Assembly (NCBI GenBank): GCA_040902225.1
Contig: JBBDXT010000004.1
Location: forward strand, 320,376-384,375
Origin: Chloroflexota bacterium
Lineage (GTDB): Bacteria; Chloroflexota; Limnocylindria; QHBO01
Direction: 5' to 3'
Length of the DNA: 64,000 nt
Shown here: positions 37,941 through 45,820 of the stretch, piece after piece
Layout of the letters: each line of letters begins with the position of its first letter
Position numbering within the stretch: the stretch's first letter is position 1
Program-made: the position numbers and the translations under genes
The notes under the pieces: generated by a model
Database searches by the model: none
Told to the model about the DNA's origin: nothing
The model's input: the letters and a program-made list of their open reading frames with translations, nothing else

Positions 37941-39143
37941 GTGACCGCCCAACGCGCCACCGAGGCGGAGCCGGAGCACCCGGCCGGCATCGGTCTGGCG
38001 CTGCTCGCCTTCGCCGTCTACTGGTTCACCGGGCCGCCAGGAGCAGGCGGGGACCAGTTCGTGCCGCTGGCTGACGCATTCCTCCACGGTCGGCTGTCGA
38101 TCCCGGTCGATCGGCCCTGGATGGAGCTGGTGCCGGTCCCCGACGGCAGCGGCGCGCAGTACTCGCCTTTCCCGCCAGTGCCCGCCCTGACCCTGATGCC
38201 GGTCATCGCGGCGCTCGGCCTCTTCCCGGGAGTGGGGGAGCTCTCCGGCAACGTAATGTCCACGCTGGTCGGTGCGGTCAATGTCGCGCTGGCGTGGTAC
38301 CTGCTGGCGGCGATCGGGGTGATGCTCGGACCACGCCTGGTGATCGCCATCGGCTTTGCCTTCACCACCCACTGGTGGGTCGCCGGCATGGGCGGCACCC
38401 ATCACTACGCCGCGGTGGTGGCCGCCTGCTTCCTGCTGCTGGCGCTCAATCTCGGGGTGCGCCGCCGTCTGCCGGCGCTGGTCGGGCTGACCCTGGGCCT
38501 GGCGGCCGCAAGCCGTCTGCCGACCGGGCTGGCGCTGCCCCTGCTGCTCGCCTTCTTCGCCGACCGATGGCGCCCGTCCGGGGCGCACGCGGAGCTGCTG
38601 CTCGGACTGGCCGTGCCCGCGGTGCTGTTCGCCGCGTACAACGTCGCGCGCTTCGGATCTCCGTTCGACTCGGGCTACGTCCATATCCCGTCGGGCGACG
38701 CCGGCCTGCTGGTGACCGATGAGCCGTGGTTCAGGCACGGCCTCGTCTCACCGCTCTACATCCCGCGCCACCTGTACGCCATCTTCATCCAGGGGCCGGC
38801 CGTCGTCGGCGACTTCCCGTACCTCAAGCCCTACTCGACCGGACTGTCGCTGACCCTATCGGCGCCGTTCCTGTTCTGGGCGGTCAAGGCCCGCGGGCCG
38901 ATGGTTGCGGTCACCTGGCTGTCGGTTGGCCTCGTGCTGCTGCCGGACGTGATGCACGGGTCATGGGGCTTCGCGCAGCTCGGCTATCGGTTCATCCTGG
39001 ATGCCGTTCCGCTGCTGCTCCTGCTGCTCGGCTGGGCCTACCGAGAGCGCGCGTCGTGGAGTCTTGCCGCCGCGGTCGCCGTGGGCGTGCTGGTGCACAC
39101 CTGGGGGATCCTGGTGATGAACCTGTACCGGTTCGCCGCCTGA
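37941..39143 (+). CDS. polytopic membrane protein, putative GT-C-type glycosyltransferase (PMT/ArnT-like)
   Basis: The GTG start lies just after the tRNA. There are more than 10 predicted TM helices and an N-terminal conserved loop (FLHGRLSIPVDRPWMELVP...YSPFPPVPALTLMP) reminiscent of GT-C family 39/83/87-like enzymes. Confidence 0.4.
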   Translation: MTAQRATEAEPEHPAGIGLALLAFAVYWFTGPPGAGGDQFVPLADAFLHGRLSIPVDRPWMELVPVPDGSGAQYSPFPPVPALTLMPVIAALGLFPGVGELSGNVMSTLVGAVNVALAWYLLAAIGVMLGPRLVIAIGFAFTTHWWVAGMGGTHHYAAVVAACFLLLALNLGVRRRLPALVGLTLGLAAASRLPTGLALPLLLAFFADRWRPSGAHAELLLGLAVPAVLFAAYNVARFGSPFDSGYVHIPSGDAGLLVTDEPWFRHGLVSPLYIPRHLYAIFIQGPAVVGDFPYLKPYSTGLSLTLSAPFLFWAVKARGPMVAVTWLSVGLVLLPDVMHGSWGFAQLGYRFILDAVPLLLLLLGWAYRERASWSLAAAVAVGVLVHTWGILVMNLYRFAA

Positions 39144-39316
39144 CGCGCCTAGCGTCGTATGACCACCGGGTAATAGGACTGACAGGTTGCCGGCAGTCTC
39201 TCGTCAGTTTATGACGGGGCAGGCATAGAAACGATGAGTCTGAGGCGCCACCGCGTTATTGGTATGACCCCCCGGTAATCAATCACATCGGGATATCAAG
39301 CCGGTCTGATCAAAGC

Positions 39317-41362
39317 TCACTCGTCGAGGTGGAACGGCACGTCGGCCACGATCGTGTTCTTGCGTCCGAAGAGCCGCAGCTTCAGCCGCAGGCTGGTCTG
39401 GTTGTGGAGCAGGTTCTCCCACCAATGGCGCGGCACCACCTCGGCCAGCACCACCACGATCGGGCGGGTCGGATGGAGCGACTGGAGCGCGTCCATGTAG
39501 CGCAGCAACGGCCCGACCAGCGCGCGGTAGGGGGACTCAACCACCACCAGCTCCATCCGTCCGCCCAGCTTCCCCCAGTCCTCGCGCAGCTGGTCGGCGG
39601 TATGCGGGTCGTTGGTGATGTGCACTGCCGTGGCGTGCGGCGAGATGGTGCGGGCGAAGGCCAGCGCGCGGCGCGCGGGTCGGTCGAGGCGCGCCAGCGG
39701 CACGATCACGATCGGGTCGGGCTCGACGTCGTCATCGGTTTCGGGAACCGCGTCCAGCTGGTGCTCCATGTTGCGGTAGTGGGAGCGGATCCCCACCAGG
39801 AGTGCCATCAGCGCGGGCACGAGCACCATCACCATCCACGCCCCCTGGAAGAAGTTGCTGGTGCCGACCACCAGCGCCACCGCCGCGGTCGTGGCCGCAC
39901 CCAGCCCGTTGATGACCATTCCCTGCCGCCAGCCCGCTTCGCGGCGTTGCCACCAGCGCAGCAGCATCCCGGCCTGCGAGAGCGTGAAGGCAATGAAGAC
40001 GCCCAGGGTGTAGAGCGGGATCAGCCCCGTGACGCTCGCCTCGAACGAGACGAGCAGCACGATCGCCAGGCCGGCCAGCGCCACGATGCCGGTGGTGAAG
40101 GCCAGCCGCTCGCCGCGGAAGGCGAACTGGCGCGGCATGAAGCCATCGCGCGCCAGGAACGACGAGAGGCGTGGGAAGTCCGCGAAGCTGGTGTTGGCGG
40201 CCAGGACCAGCAGCAGCGCCGTCGCCACCTGGGCGAGGATCAGGATCGGACCGCTTCCCACAACGTGGCGCACCAGCAGGCTGAGGACGGTCTGCTGTTC
40301 AGTCGGGTCCGGAACGAAGCCGAGGGTCGTGATCAGGTAGGCGATCCCCAGGAACAGCACGCCAAATATGGCCGTGGCCCACGTCAGCGTCGTCCGTGCA
40401 TTCCGCCACTCCGGTGCCTTGAAGGCGGGCACCCCGTCGGAGATCGCCTCGACCCCGGTCAGCGCCACCGCTCCCTGCGAGAACGCTCGCAGCAGAAGGA
40501 AGAGGCCCAGCGCCTGGGTCCCCTCGTTCAGCGCCCAGTCCGGCGGGGGAACGTACTGCGGCAGGTCGCCCATTGCGTTGCGGACCAGGGCGAAGCCGAT
40601 GATGGCGAGCATGGTGACGATGTAGAGGTAGGTGGGCGCCATGAAGATCGACCCGGATTCGCGGATGCCGCGCAGGTTGCCCAGCGTCAGCAGGACGACC
40701 ATCGCAACCGAGATGTAGACCCGGTAGGGATAGATGTCGGGCACGATCGAGGTCAGTGCCGCGATGCCGGCAGAGACCGAGACGGCCACCGTCACCACGT
40801 AGCCGATGAGGAGCGCCGAGGCGGCCAGGACGCCTGCCCGATCGCCCAGGTTGTCGCTGGCGACGATGTAGCTGCTGGCGCCCAGCGGGTAGGCCTTGAT
40901 CGTCTGCCGATACGACATCGTCACGATCGCCAGCATCGCGATGATCAGTCCCGCGATGGGCAGCGTCAGGGTCAGCGCGCCGGCACCGGCGAAGGCCAGC
41001 ACCCGCAGGATCTCCTCGGGTCCATAGGCCGATGAGCTGATGTTGTCGCTGCTGAAGATGGCCAGCGCCTTGACCTTGGTCAGGCGCTCGTGCTGCTCGT
41101 GCTCCGATGAGATCGGCCGGCCGATCAGCAGGGTCCGGATGCCCCGCAACGTCCGTGTCCAGCCGCTCCGTTCCAGCACGGTCCGCTCGGTCGCCACCAG
41201 GCGACCCTCCTCGCGCTCGAACTCGTCCTCGAACGGCCGCACGATGCGAACGTACGAGTCACCCAGGCGCTGCCCGCGTCGTTTCTCACGGACCTCGAGC
41301 AGGGGATCGACGCGCGGCTTAGCCGGGTCGTTGCCGCGATCCGGCGGGCGGTTGGAACTCAT
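39317..41362 (-). CDS. APC-family (amino acid/polyamine/organocation) permease with a C-terminal cytoplasmic domain
   Basis: This 681-aa protein has 12 TM helices with APC-type motifs (FSSDNISSSAYGPEEIL, LTGVEAISDGVPAFKAPE) and a roughly 180-aa soluble C-terminal domain. Confidence 0.8.
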   Translation of the reverse strand: MSSNRPPDRGNDPAKPRVDPLLEVREKRRGQRLGDSYVRIVRPFEDEFEREEGRLVATERTVLERSGWTRTLRGIRTLLIGRPISSEHEQHERLTKVKALAIFSSDNISSSAYGPEEILRVLAFAGAGALTLTLPIAGLIIAMLAIVTMSYRQTIKAYPLGASSYIVASDNLGDRAGVLAASALLIGYVVTVAVSVSAGIAALTSIVPDIYPYRVYISVAMVVLLTLGNLRGIRESGSIFMAPTYLYIVTMLAIIGFALVRNAMGDLPQYVPPPDWALNEGTQALGLFLLLRAFSQGAVALTGVEAISDGVPAFKAPEWRNARTTLTWATAIFGVLFLGIAYLITTLGFVPDPTEQQTVLSLLVRHVVGSGPILILAQVATALLLVLAANTSFADFPRLSSFLARDGFMPRQFAFRGERLAFTTGIVALAGLAIVLLVSFEASVTGLIPLYTLGVFIAFTLSQAGMLLRWWQRREAGWRQGMVINGLGAATTAAVALVVGTSNFFQGAWMVMVLVPALMALLVGIRSHYRNMEHQLDAVPETDDDVEPDPIVIVPLARLDRPARRALAFARTISPHATAVHITNDPHTADQLREDWGKLGGRMELVVVESPYRALVGPLLRYMDALQSLHPTRPIVVVLAEVVPRHWWENLLHNQTSLRLKLRLFGRKNTIVADVPFHLDE

Positions 41363-41402
41363 GCGCCGGGTATTACAGCACCGATCGTGGACGCGCCGCC
41401 TC

Positions 41403-42998
41403 TCACAGGCGCAGCAGCAGCCCTTCGAGGGGACCCATCCCGAGGTTGCCCAGTGATAGCCGGCCCTGGCGCGAGCCGGTGGCGGCGATCACCTCGCCAG
41501 TGGCGCCGATCCCCGACAGATCCACGGTCGCCGGTGCGTCACCCATGTTGGCGAGGACCAGCACTCCCTCGTCATCGCCGGTTCGGGTCCACGCCACGAG
41601 GTCAGGCGGCAGGTCGGCCACCAGGCGCAGCGTGCCACGGTGCAGGGCCGGCGAGCCTCGCCGCAGCGCCAGCAGATGGCGGTAAAAGGTGAGGAGCGAG
41701 GAGGGATCGCGCGCCTGGTCGGCGACGTTCCGCTCCGCCGGGTCGACAAGCGGCAGCCATGGCTGGCCGTCGCTGAAGCCGCGGGTGGGGGACGGGTCCC
41801 ATTGCATCGGGGTGCGCTGGCGGTCCCGGCCGAACCTGTCGTGAAGCGGCGCCGCCAATTCGGGGCCGTCCACCATCCCGATCTCCTCGCCGGCGTACAG
41901 GCAGATGGTGCCGCGCATGGAGAGGAGGAGCAGTGCGGCCAGCCGGGACCGCTCCTCCCCGAAGCGGGTGGCGTGACGCGACAGGTCGTGGTTGGAGAAC
42001 GCCCAGGTCGGCTCGGCATCGGCCGGCGTGAAGCGCTCCGCCCGCTCGATCGTGGTCCGCAACGGCTCGGCACCCCATGGGATCCGCGACAGCTCGAAGT
42101 CGAAGCCCCGCTGGAACCCGTCGCCGGCGCCATCGCCGAGATACCTCGCCAGCCGCTCGACGGGCAGGTATGCCTCGCCCAGCAGCAGCCGACCGGGGTA
42201 CTCGTCAGCGACGCTGCGCAGCAGGCGGACCACCTCTGGCGCCTCGGGGCGATCCACGGTCCAGACCGGGTCGTGTCCGGATGGATCGGGTGGGAACGGG
42301 GGGATCGGCGGGCCGGCTGGAGGATTGTCGCGCAGCTGGGTGTCCTTGATGGCGTGGATGATGGCGTCGACCCGGAAGCCGTCCACGCCGCGATCGAACC
42401 AGAAGCGGAGCACGCTTGCGATCGCATCGGCCACGTCGGGGTTCCGCCAGTTCAGGTCCGGCTGCTCGGGGTAGAAGGTGTGGAGGTAGTACTGGCCGCT
42501 GGCCGGGTCGAGCTGCCAGGCGGAGCCTCCAAACGACGAGATCCAGTTGCTCGGCGGCCCGCCGTCCGGTCCGGGATCAGCCCACGTGTACCAATCGCGA
42601 CGAGCGCTGGCGCGAGACGATCGGCTGTCGACGAACCACGGGTGCTCGATCGAGGTGTGGCACGGAACCAGGTCGAGCAGCAGCTTCAGCCCGCGTGCGT
42701 GGCAGGCCTCGACCAGTCGGTCGACATCGGCCAGCGTTCCGTATTCGGGCGCGACATCGGTGAAGTCGGAGATGTCGTAGCCGAAATCGGCCAGTGGCGA
42801 GGGATAGATCGGCGAGAGCCAGACCGCGTCGACGCCGAGCGAGCGGTTGGTGCCGGCCAGATGATCGAGGTGCGCCATCAGCCCGGCGAGGTCACCGATC
42901 CCGTCGCCGTTCGCGTCCGCGAAGCTGCGAGGGTAGACCTGGTAGATCACCCCGCCCGTCCACCACGGAACGGCTGGGTCGTCGGTGGGCGGGGTCAC
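41403..42998 (-). CDS. GH13 alpha-glucosidase (oligo-1,6-glucosidase / trehalose-6-phosphate hydrolase-like)
   Basis: The GH13 regions IYQVYPRSFADANGDGIGDL, GVDAVWLSPIY, DLVPCHTS, GFRVDA, GEAY and FSNHD are present, and the 531-aa length fits. Confidence 0.9.
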   Translation of the reverse strand: MTPPTDDPAVPWWTGGVIYQVYPRSFADANGDGIGDLAGLMAHLDHLAGTNRSLGVDAVWLSPIYPSPLADFGYDISDFTDVAPEYGTLADVDRLVEACHARGLKLLLDLVPCHTSIEHPWFVDSRSSRASARRDWYTWADPGPDGGPPSNWISSFGGSAWQLDPASGQYYLHTFYPEQPDLNWRNPDVADAIASVLRFWFDRGVDGFRVDAIIHAIKDTQLRDNPPAGPPIPPFPPDPSGHDPVWTVDRPEAPEVVRLLRSVADEYPGRLLLGEAYLPVERLARYLGDGAGDGFQRGFDFELSRIPWGAEPLRTTIERAERFTPADAEPTWAFSNHDLSRHATRFGEERSRLAALLLLSMRGTICLYAGEEIGMVDGPELAAPLHDRFGRDRQRTPMQWDPSPTRGFSDGQPWLPLVDPAERNVADQARDPSSLLTFYRHLLALRRGSPALHRGTLRLVADLPPDLVAWTRTGDDEGVLVLANMGDAPATVDLSGIGATGEVIAATGSRQGRLSLGNLGMGPLEGLLLRL

Positions 42999-43050
42999 GG
43001 ATCCCGATTGTAGAGACCCGCTCAGCCCTCGCCGGGCGTTCCGCGCACGG

Positions 43051-43443
43051 TCATTCGACGGTGATCAGGACGCCGTCGCCGTCCTCGTCCTCGGCAAGGT
43101 CGACGATCGGGCCGACCATGTCGTCCTCGACCGCGCGCTCGATGAGCGCCGCGTAGCTGTCCGGGATGCCGGGCACCATGCGCGCTGCCATCGCGGCAAA
43201 AGCCAGCGGAACGCGCACATCGACCACGCGCCGACCACGCTCGGTGACCTGGATCCGGACGCGCCGGCCGCGGCCCGATCCTTTGCCTGGGAGTGCTCCG
43301 CTGAACGGAAATCCCTGCGCTGGAGGCTCGGGCGGTCCCGGAGCGCGGTGGCGTCCGAGTGCCTCGATGATCGGAGCCGCTTCCTCGGCGCTCAGCTTCC
43401 CCTCGGCCACCAGGCGCAGCACGGTCGTCAGCTCATCGCCCAT
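43051..43443 (-). CDS. hypothetical protein, last gene of the DUF2089-DUF4097 operon
   Basis: The likely start is MGDELTTVLRLVAEGKLSAEEAAPIIEAL, an ATG 1 nt after the upstream stop. No known motifs are present. The 5' 50 nt of the longer ORF would overlap the upstream gene. Confidence 0.35.
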   Translation of the reverse strand: MGDELTTVLRLVAEGKLSAEEAAPIIEALGRHRAPGPPEPPAQGFPFSGALPGKGSGRGRRVRIQVTERGRRVVDVRVPLAFAAMAARMVPGIPDSYAALIERAVEDDMVGPIVDLAEDEDGDGVLITVE

Positions 43444-43444
43444 C

Positions 43445-44419
43445 TCAGCGCCCGCTGGCGAGGCGACGGGTCGCCTCGTCCACGTCGATCTCACCCCGCT
43501 CCAGAGCGCGCAGCACGTCGAGCTCGGACTGCTTCTCCGCCGCCGTCGGTTCGCTCATCGGCTCAGTCGCCATCGGCTGCGTGCTGAGGCGTCGCGGCCG
43601 GCGCACACGAACGTCGCCCGACATCGAGCTGAAGCTCAGCCGCGGGCTCCCGCTGCCGATGACCAGGCGCCGGCGATCCACCTGTCCCTCGAGCCGATGG
43701 TCGAGCTCGCTGCTGACGTCGGTGGAGAGGCCGCGGATCTCGAAGGTGGCATCGCCCACCAGCCCCACCTCCAGGTCGCCGCTCACCGTCTCGACACTGA
43801 AGTCGCCACCTTCGGCGAGCTGCGTCTCGAGCTCGACATCCCCGGACACGGTGTTGGCGTGCAGCGATCGCAGCGTGGATGCCGTGACATGCAGGTCACC
43901 CGAGACGCCCTGCGATTGAACGGAGAGGGGCTCGTCCCCGCGAATGGTGGCGTCGCCCGACACGCTCTCGAGGCGAACGGAGCCTCCGGCGTTGGTCACG
44001 CTCAGATCGCCCGAAACGGTCCGATAGCGCTGCTCGCCGCGGAGGTCGGTTACGTCCACGTCGGAGGAGACCGCCGTCAGCTGGAGCTCGGCGGCGACCG
44101 GCACCTCGGCCTCGACCGTGAGCTCGTAGTGCCCGTCAGCCCCGAAGAGACGGCTGATCACGGAGCCGACGGAATGGTTGCCTTCGTGCTCCTCGACGCT
44201 CAGCTCCCCGCTGGCGCGATGCACGCGCAGCTGCACAGCTTCGAAGATGCGATCCGCATCGGCGTCGGATGAGGCAGAGATCTTGAAGGTGGCTCGAATG
44301 TGAGCCTCGCCGCCGGGGATGCCCCGGACCTGGACGTCACCCGAGGTGACCGCCAGCGAGACCCTGCTGCGGTCCCCCACGTTGTGATCGATGGACTGGG
44401 TGCGAACGTAGGTGCCCAT
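43445..44419 (-). CDS. DUF4097-family beta-repeat protein (putative adhesin-like / YvlB-LiaG-type stress module)
   Basis: Repeated (V)SGD(L/V)xV beta-strand units occur, for example VSGDLSVTNAGGSVRLESVSGDATIRGD and VSGDVELET...VSGDLEVGL. The C-terminal helical tail contains ELDVLRALERGEIDVDEATRRLA. Confidence 0.7.
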   Translation of the reverse strand: MGTYVRTQSIDHNVGDRSRVSLAVTSGDVQVRGIPGGEAHIRATFKISASSDADADRIFEAVQLRVHRASGELSVEEHEGNHSVGSVISRLFGADGHYELTVEAEVPVAAELQLTAVSSDVDVTDLRGEQRYRTVSGDLSVTNAGGSVRLESVSGDATIRGDEPLSVQSQGVSGDLHVTASTLRSLHANTVSGDVELETQLAEGGDFSVETVSGDLEVGLVGDATFEIRGLSTDVSSELDHRLEGQVDRRRLVIGSGSPRLSFSSMSGDVRVRRPRRLSTQPMATEPMSEPTAAEKQSELDVLRALERGEIDVDEATRRLASGR

Positions 44420-44422
44420 GGC

Positions 44423-44851
44423 TTACGCACCCGCCAGGGCGCGGAGCGCTTCGGCGGCATCCTCGGCCGAGATCTCGCGGCGGGCGAGGCGGTCCAGGAT
44501 GGCGCGGCGCTCGTTGGCTTCGTCGTCGCTGGATGGATTCGGCGCGTCTGCCTCGAGCGGCTCCTCGGGGGCAGCCTCGTCGCCATCGGCCAGGCCAAGG
44601 GCTCGCAGGAGGGCCTCGATCCGGCCGCGCACGGTGGGGTAGGAGATGCCGAGCTCGCGCTCGAGGTCCTTCAGGTTGCCGCGGGAGCGGAGGAAGGACT
44701 CGAGCAGTGTGAGCTGCTCACGTGAGAGGCGACCGAAGCGCCCGACTCCGAACTCTCCCTCCAGCGCGGTACCGCAGGTGCGGCAGTGCAGACGGGTGAT
44801 CGCCAGCTCGCCCTCGCAGACGGGACAGGTGGAGATGACGTCGCGTGCCAT
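44423..44851 (-). CDS. DUF2089-family protein (N-terminal zinc ribbon plus HTH)
   Basis: A CPVCEGEL...CRTCG zinc ribbon and an HTH (LGISYPTVRGRIEALL) are present. The gene lies 3 nt upstream of the DUF4097 gene, a recurrent pairing. Confidence 0.65.
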   Translation of the reverse strand: MARDVISTCPVCEGELAITRLHCRTCGTALEGEFGVGRFGRLSREQLTLLESFLRSRGNLKDLERELGISYPTVRGRIEALLRALGLADGDEAAPEEPLEADAPNPSSDDEANERRAILDRLARREISAEDAAEALRALAGA

Positions 44852-45007
44852 CTATCGGCGCCCGACCTGGCGGTCCCCACCCAGGCGGAAGACGCGCTTG
44901 ATGCCGGTGTCGCTTGTGGTTGCGTGGGAACGGACGGTCTTGCGAGACCGGATTCCCCGGATTTCGTTCTCGGTGTTCACGATCGCCAACTGGAACTGGT
45001 TGTACAT
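44851..45007 (-). CDS. 52-aa basic small ORF (MYNQFQLAIVNTENEIRGIRSRKTVRSHATTSDTGIKRVFRLGGDRQVGRR)
   Basis: The ORF has an ATG start, an AAGGAG RBS 10 nt upstream and a strong sigma70-like promoter just upstream. Its stop overlaps the DUF2089 start. It is below the ORF-track length cutoff and was found by hand-reading the reverse strand, so coordinates are approximate. Confidence 0.35.
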
Positions 45008-45065
45008 TGTTGCTGCGCTCCTTGAGTTTTGGTATGCCGGTTGCTGGTTTTCTTAGTCGCTGAGC

Positions 45066-45095
45066 GGAGATTAGCCGCTTGCGTTCTACTTGTCA
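45066..45095 (-). promoter_or_regulatory. sigma70-like promoter, TTGACA-N17-TAATCT, on the minus strand
   Basis: The minus strand reads TTGACAAGTAGAACGCAAGCGGCTAATCT with a near-consensus -35 and -10. It lies in a locally AT-richer segment and drives the small ORF / DUF2089 / DUF4097 operon. Confidence 0.4.
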
Positions 45096-45159
45096 ACCCA
45101 CTTCTCGCATTTAGTGATATGTCCTTTCCAAAATAGTCGTTCGGACCACGAAATCCAAC

Positions 45160-45717
45160 GTGCAGGACCATCCGACCAGCACCGATGCCAGTGGATTACC
45201 ATCGCCCCCAGCCCCGATGGACCTGCGCCTCCTGCCGTACCAACCGGATCGCGACGTCTACCGGCTGCTGGGAGTCCTTCCGAGCGCCGGCCGCGCGGAA
45301 ATCGTGGCCGCCTGCCGCCGGTTGGCTCGAGCCTTCCACCCCGACCGCAACGCCTCCGATCGCGCCACGGAGGAGATGCAGGTCGTGAATGCGGTGCGAT
45401 CGCTCCTCAGCGACTCGCGCTCACGGGCCGAATACGACCACGCGCGGCTCAGGTTCCTGCAGCAGACCGCCGCGGCTGACGCGGTCCCGTCGACTCCGCA
45501 ACGTCGGTGGCGGCCGGCAATTCTCCCGGCGGGCGCTGTCGGCCTGGGGCGAACGGCCCGCGCGGCGATGTCGGCACTGGTGGTCGCCATGCGGGCGCTC
45601 CCGCGGGCCCGGTGTGACGACTGCAACGCCTGGGTCCAGCCTGACTACCGCTACTGCCCCGCCTGCGGTGCACGCCTGCGGGGAGCCACGCCGCTGATAT
45701 CCGCGGGTCCGGGATAG
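45160..45717 (+). CDS. J-domain (DnaJ-like) protein with a C-terminal zinc ribbon
   Basis: The J domain has the HPD motif (YRLLGV...LARAFHPDRN). The C-terminal CDDCNAWVQPDYRYCPACGARL is a zinc ribbon. The start is possibly the internal ATG near 45217 (MDLRLLPYQP). Confidence 0.65.
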   Translation: MQDHPTSTDASGLPSPPAPMDLRLLPYQPDRDVYRLLGVLPSAGRAEIVAACRRLARAFHPDRNASDRATEEMQVVNAVRSLLSDSRSRAEYDHARLRFLQQTAAADAVPSTPQRRWRPAILPAGAVGLGRTARAAMSALVVAMRALPRARCDDCNAWVQPDYRYCPACGARLRGATPLISAGPG

Positions 45718-45820
45718 ACAGGCTGCCGTCGAGGCCGCTTGTGCAGCCGTGCAGCACAGAGGCTGTGCAGCACAATCGGGCATGACGCGACCCGCAAGGT
45801 GCGACGCCAGCTGACGGCGC

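Noticed and set aside
39329-41035. 568-aa plus-strand ORF opposite the APC permease gene
   Set aside because: It is antisense to a 12-TM permease. The translation is R/G/D/H-rich low complexity.
41640-43013. 457-aa plus-strand ORF and 41489..42427 (-) within the GH13 gene
   Set aside because: These are antisense or alternate-frame ORFs. The GH13 frame carries all conserved regions.
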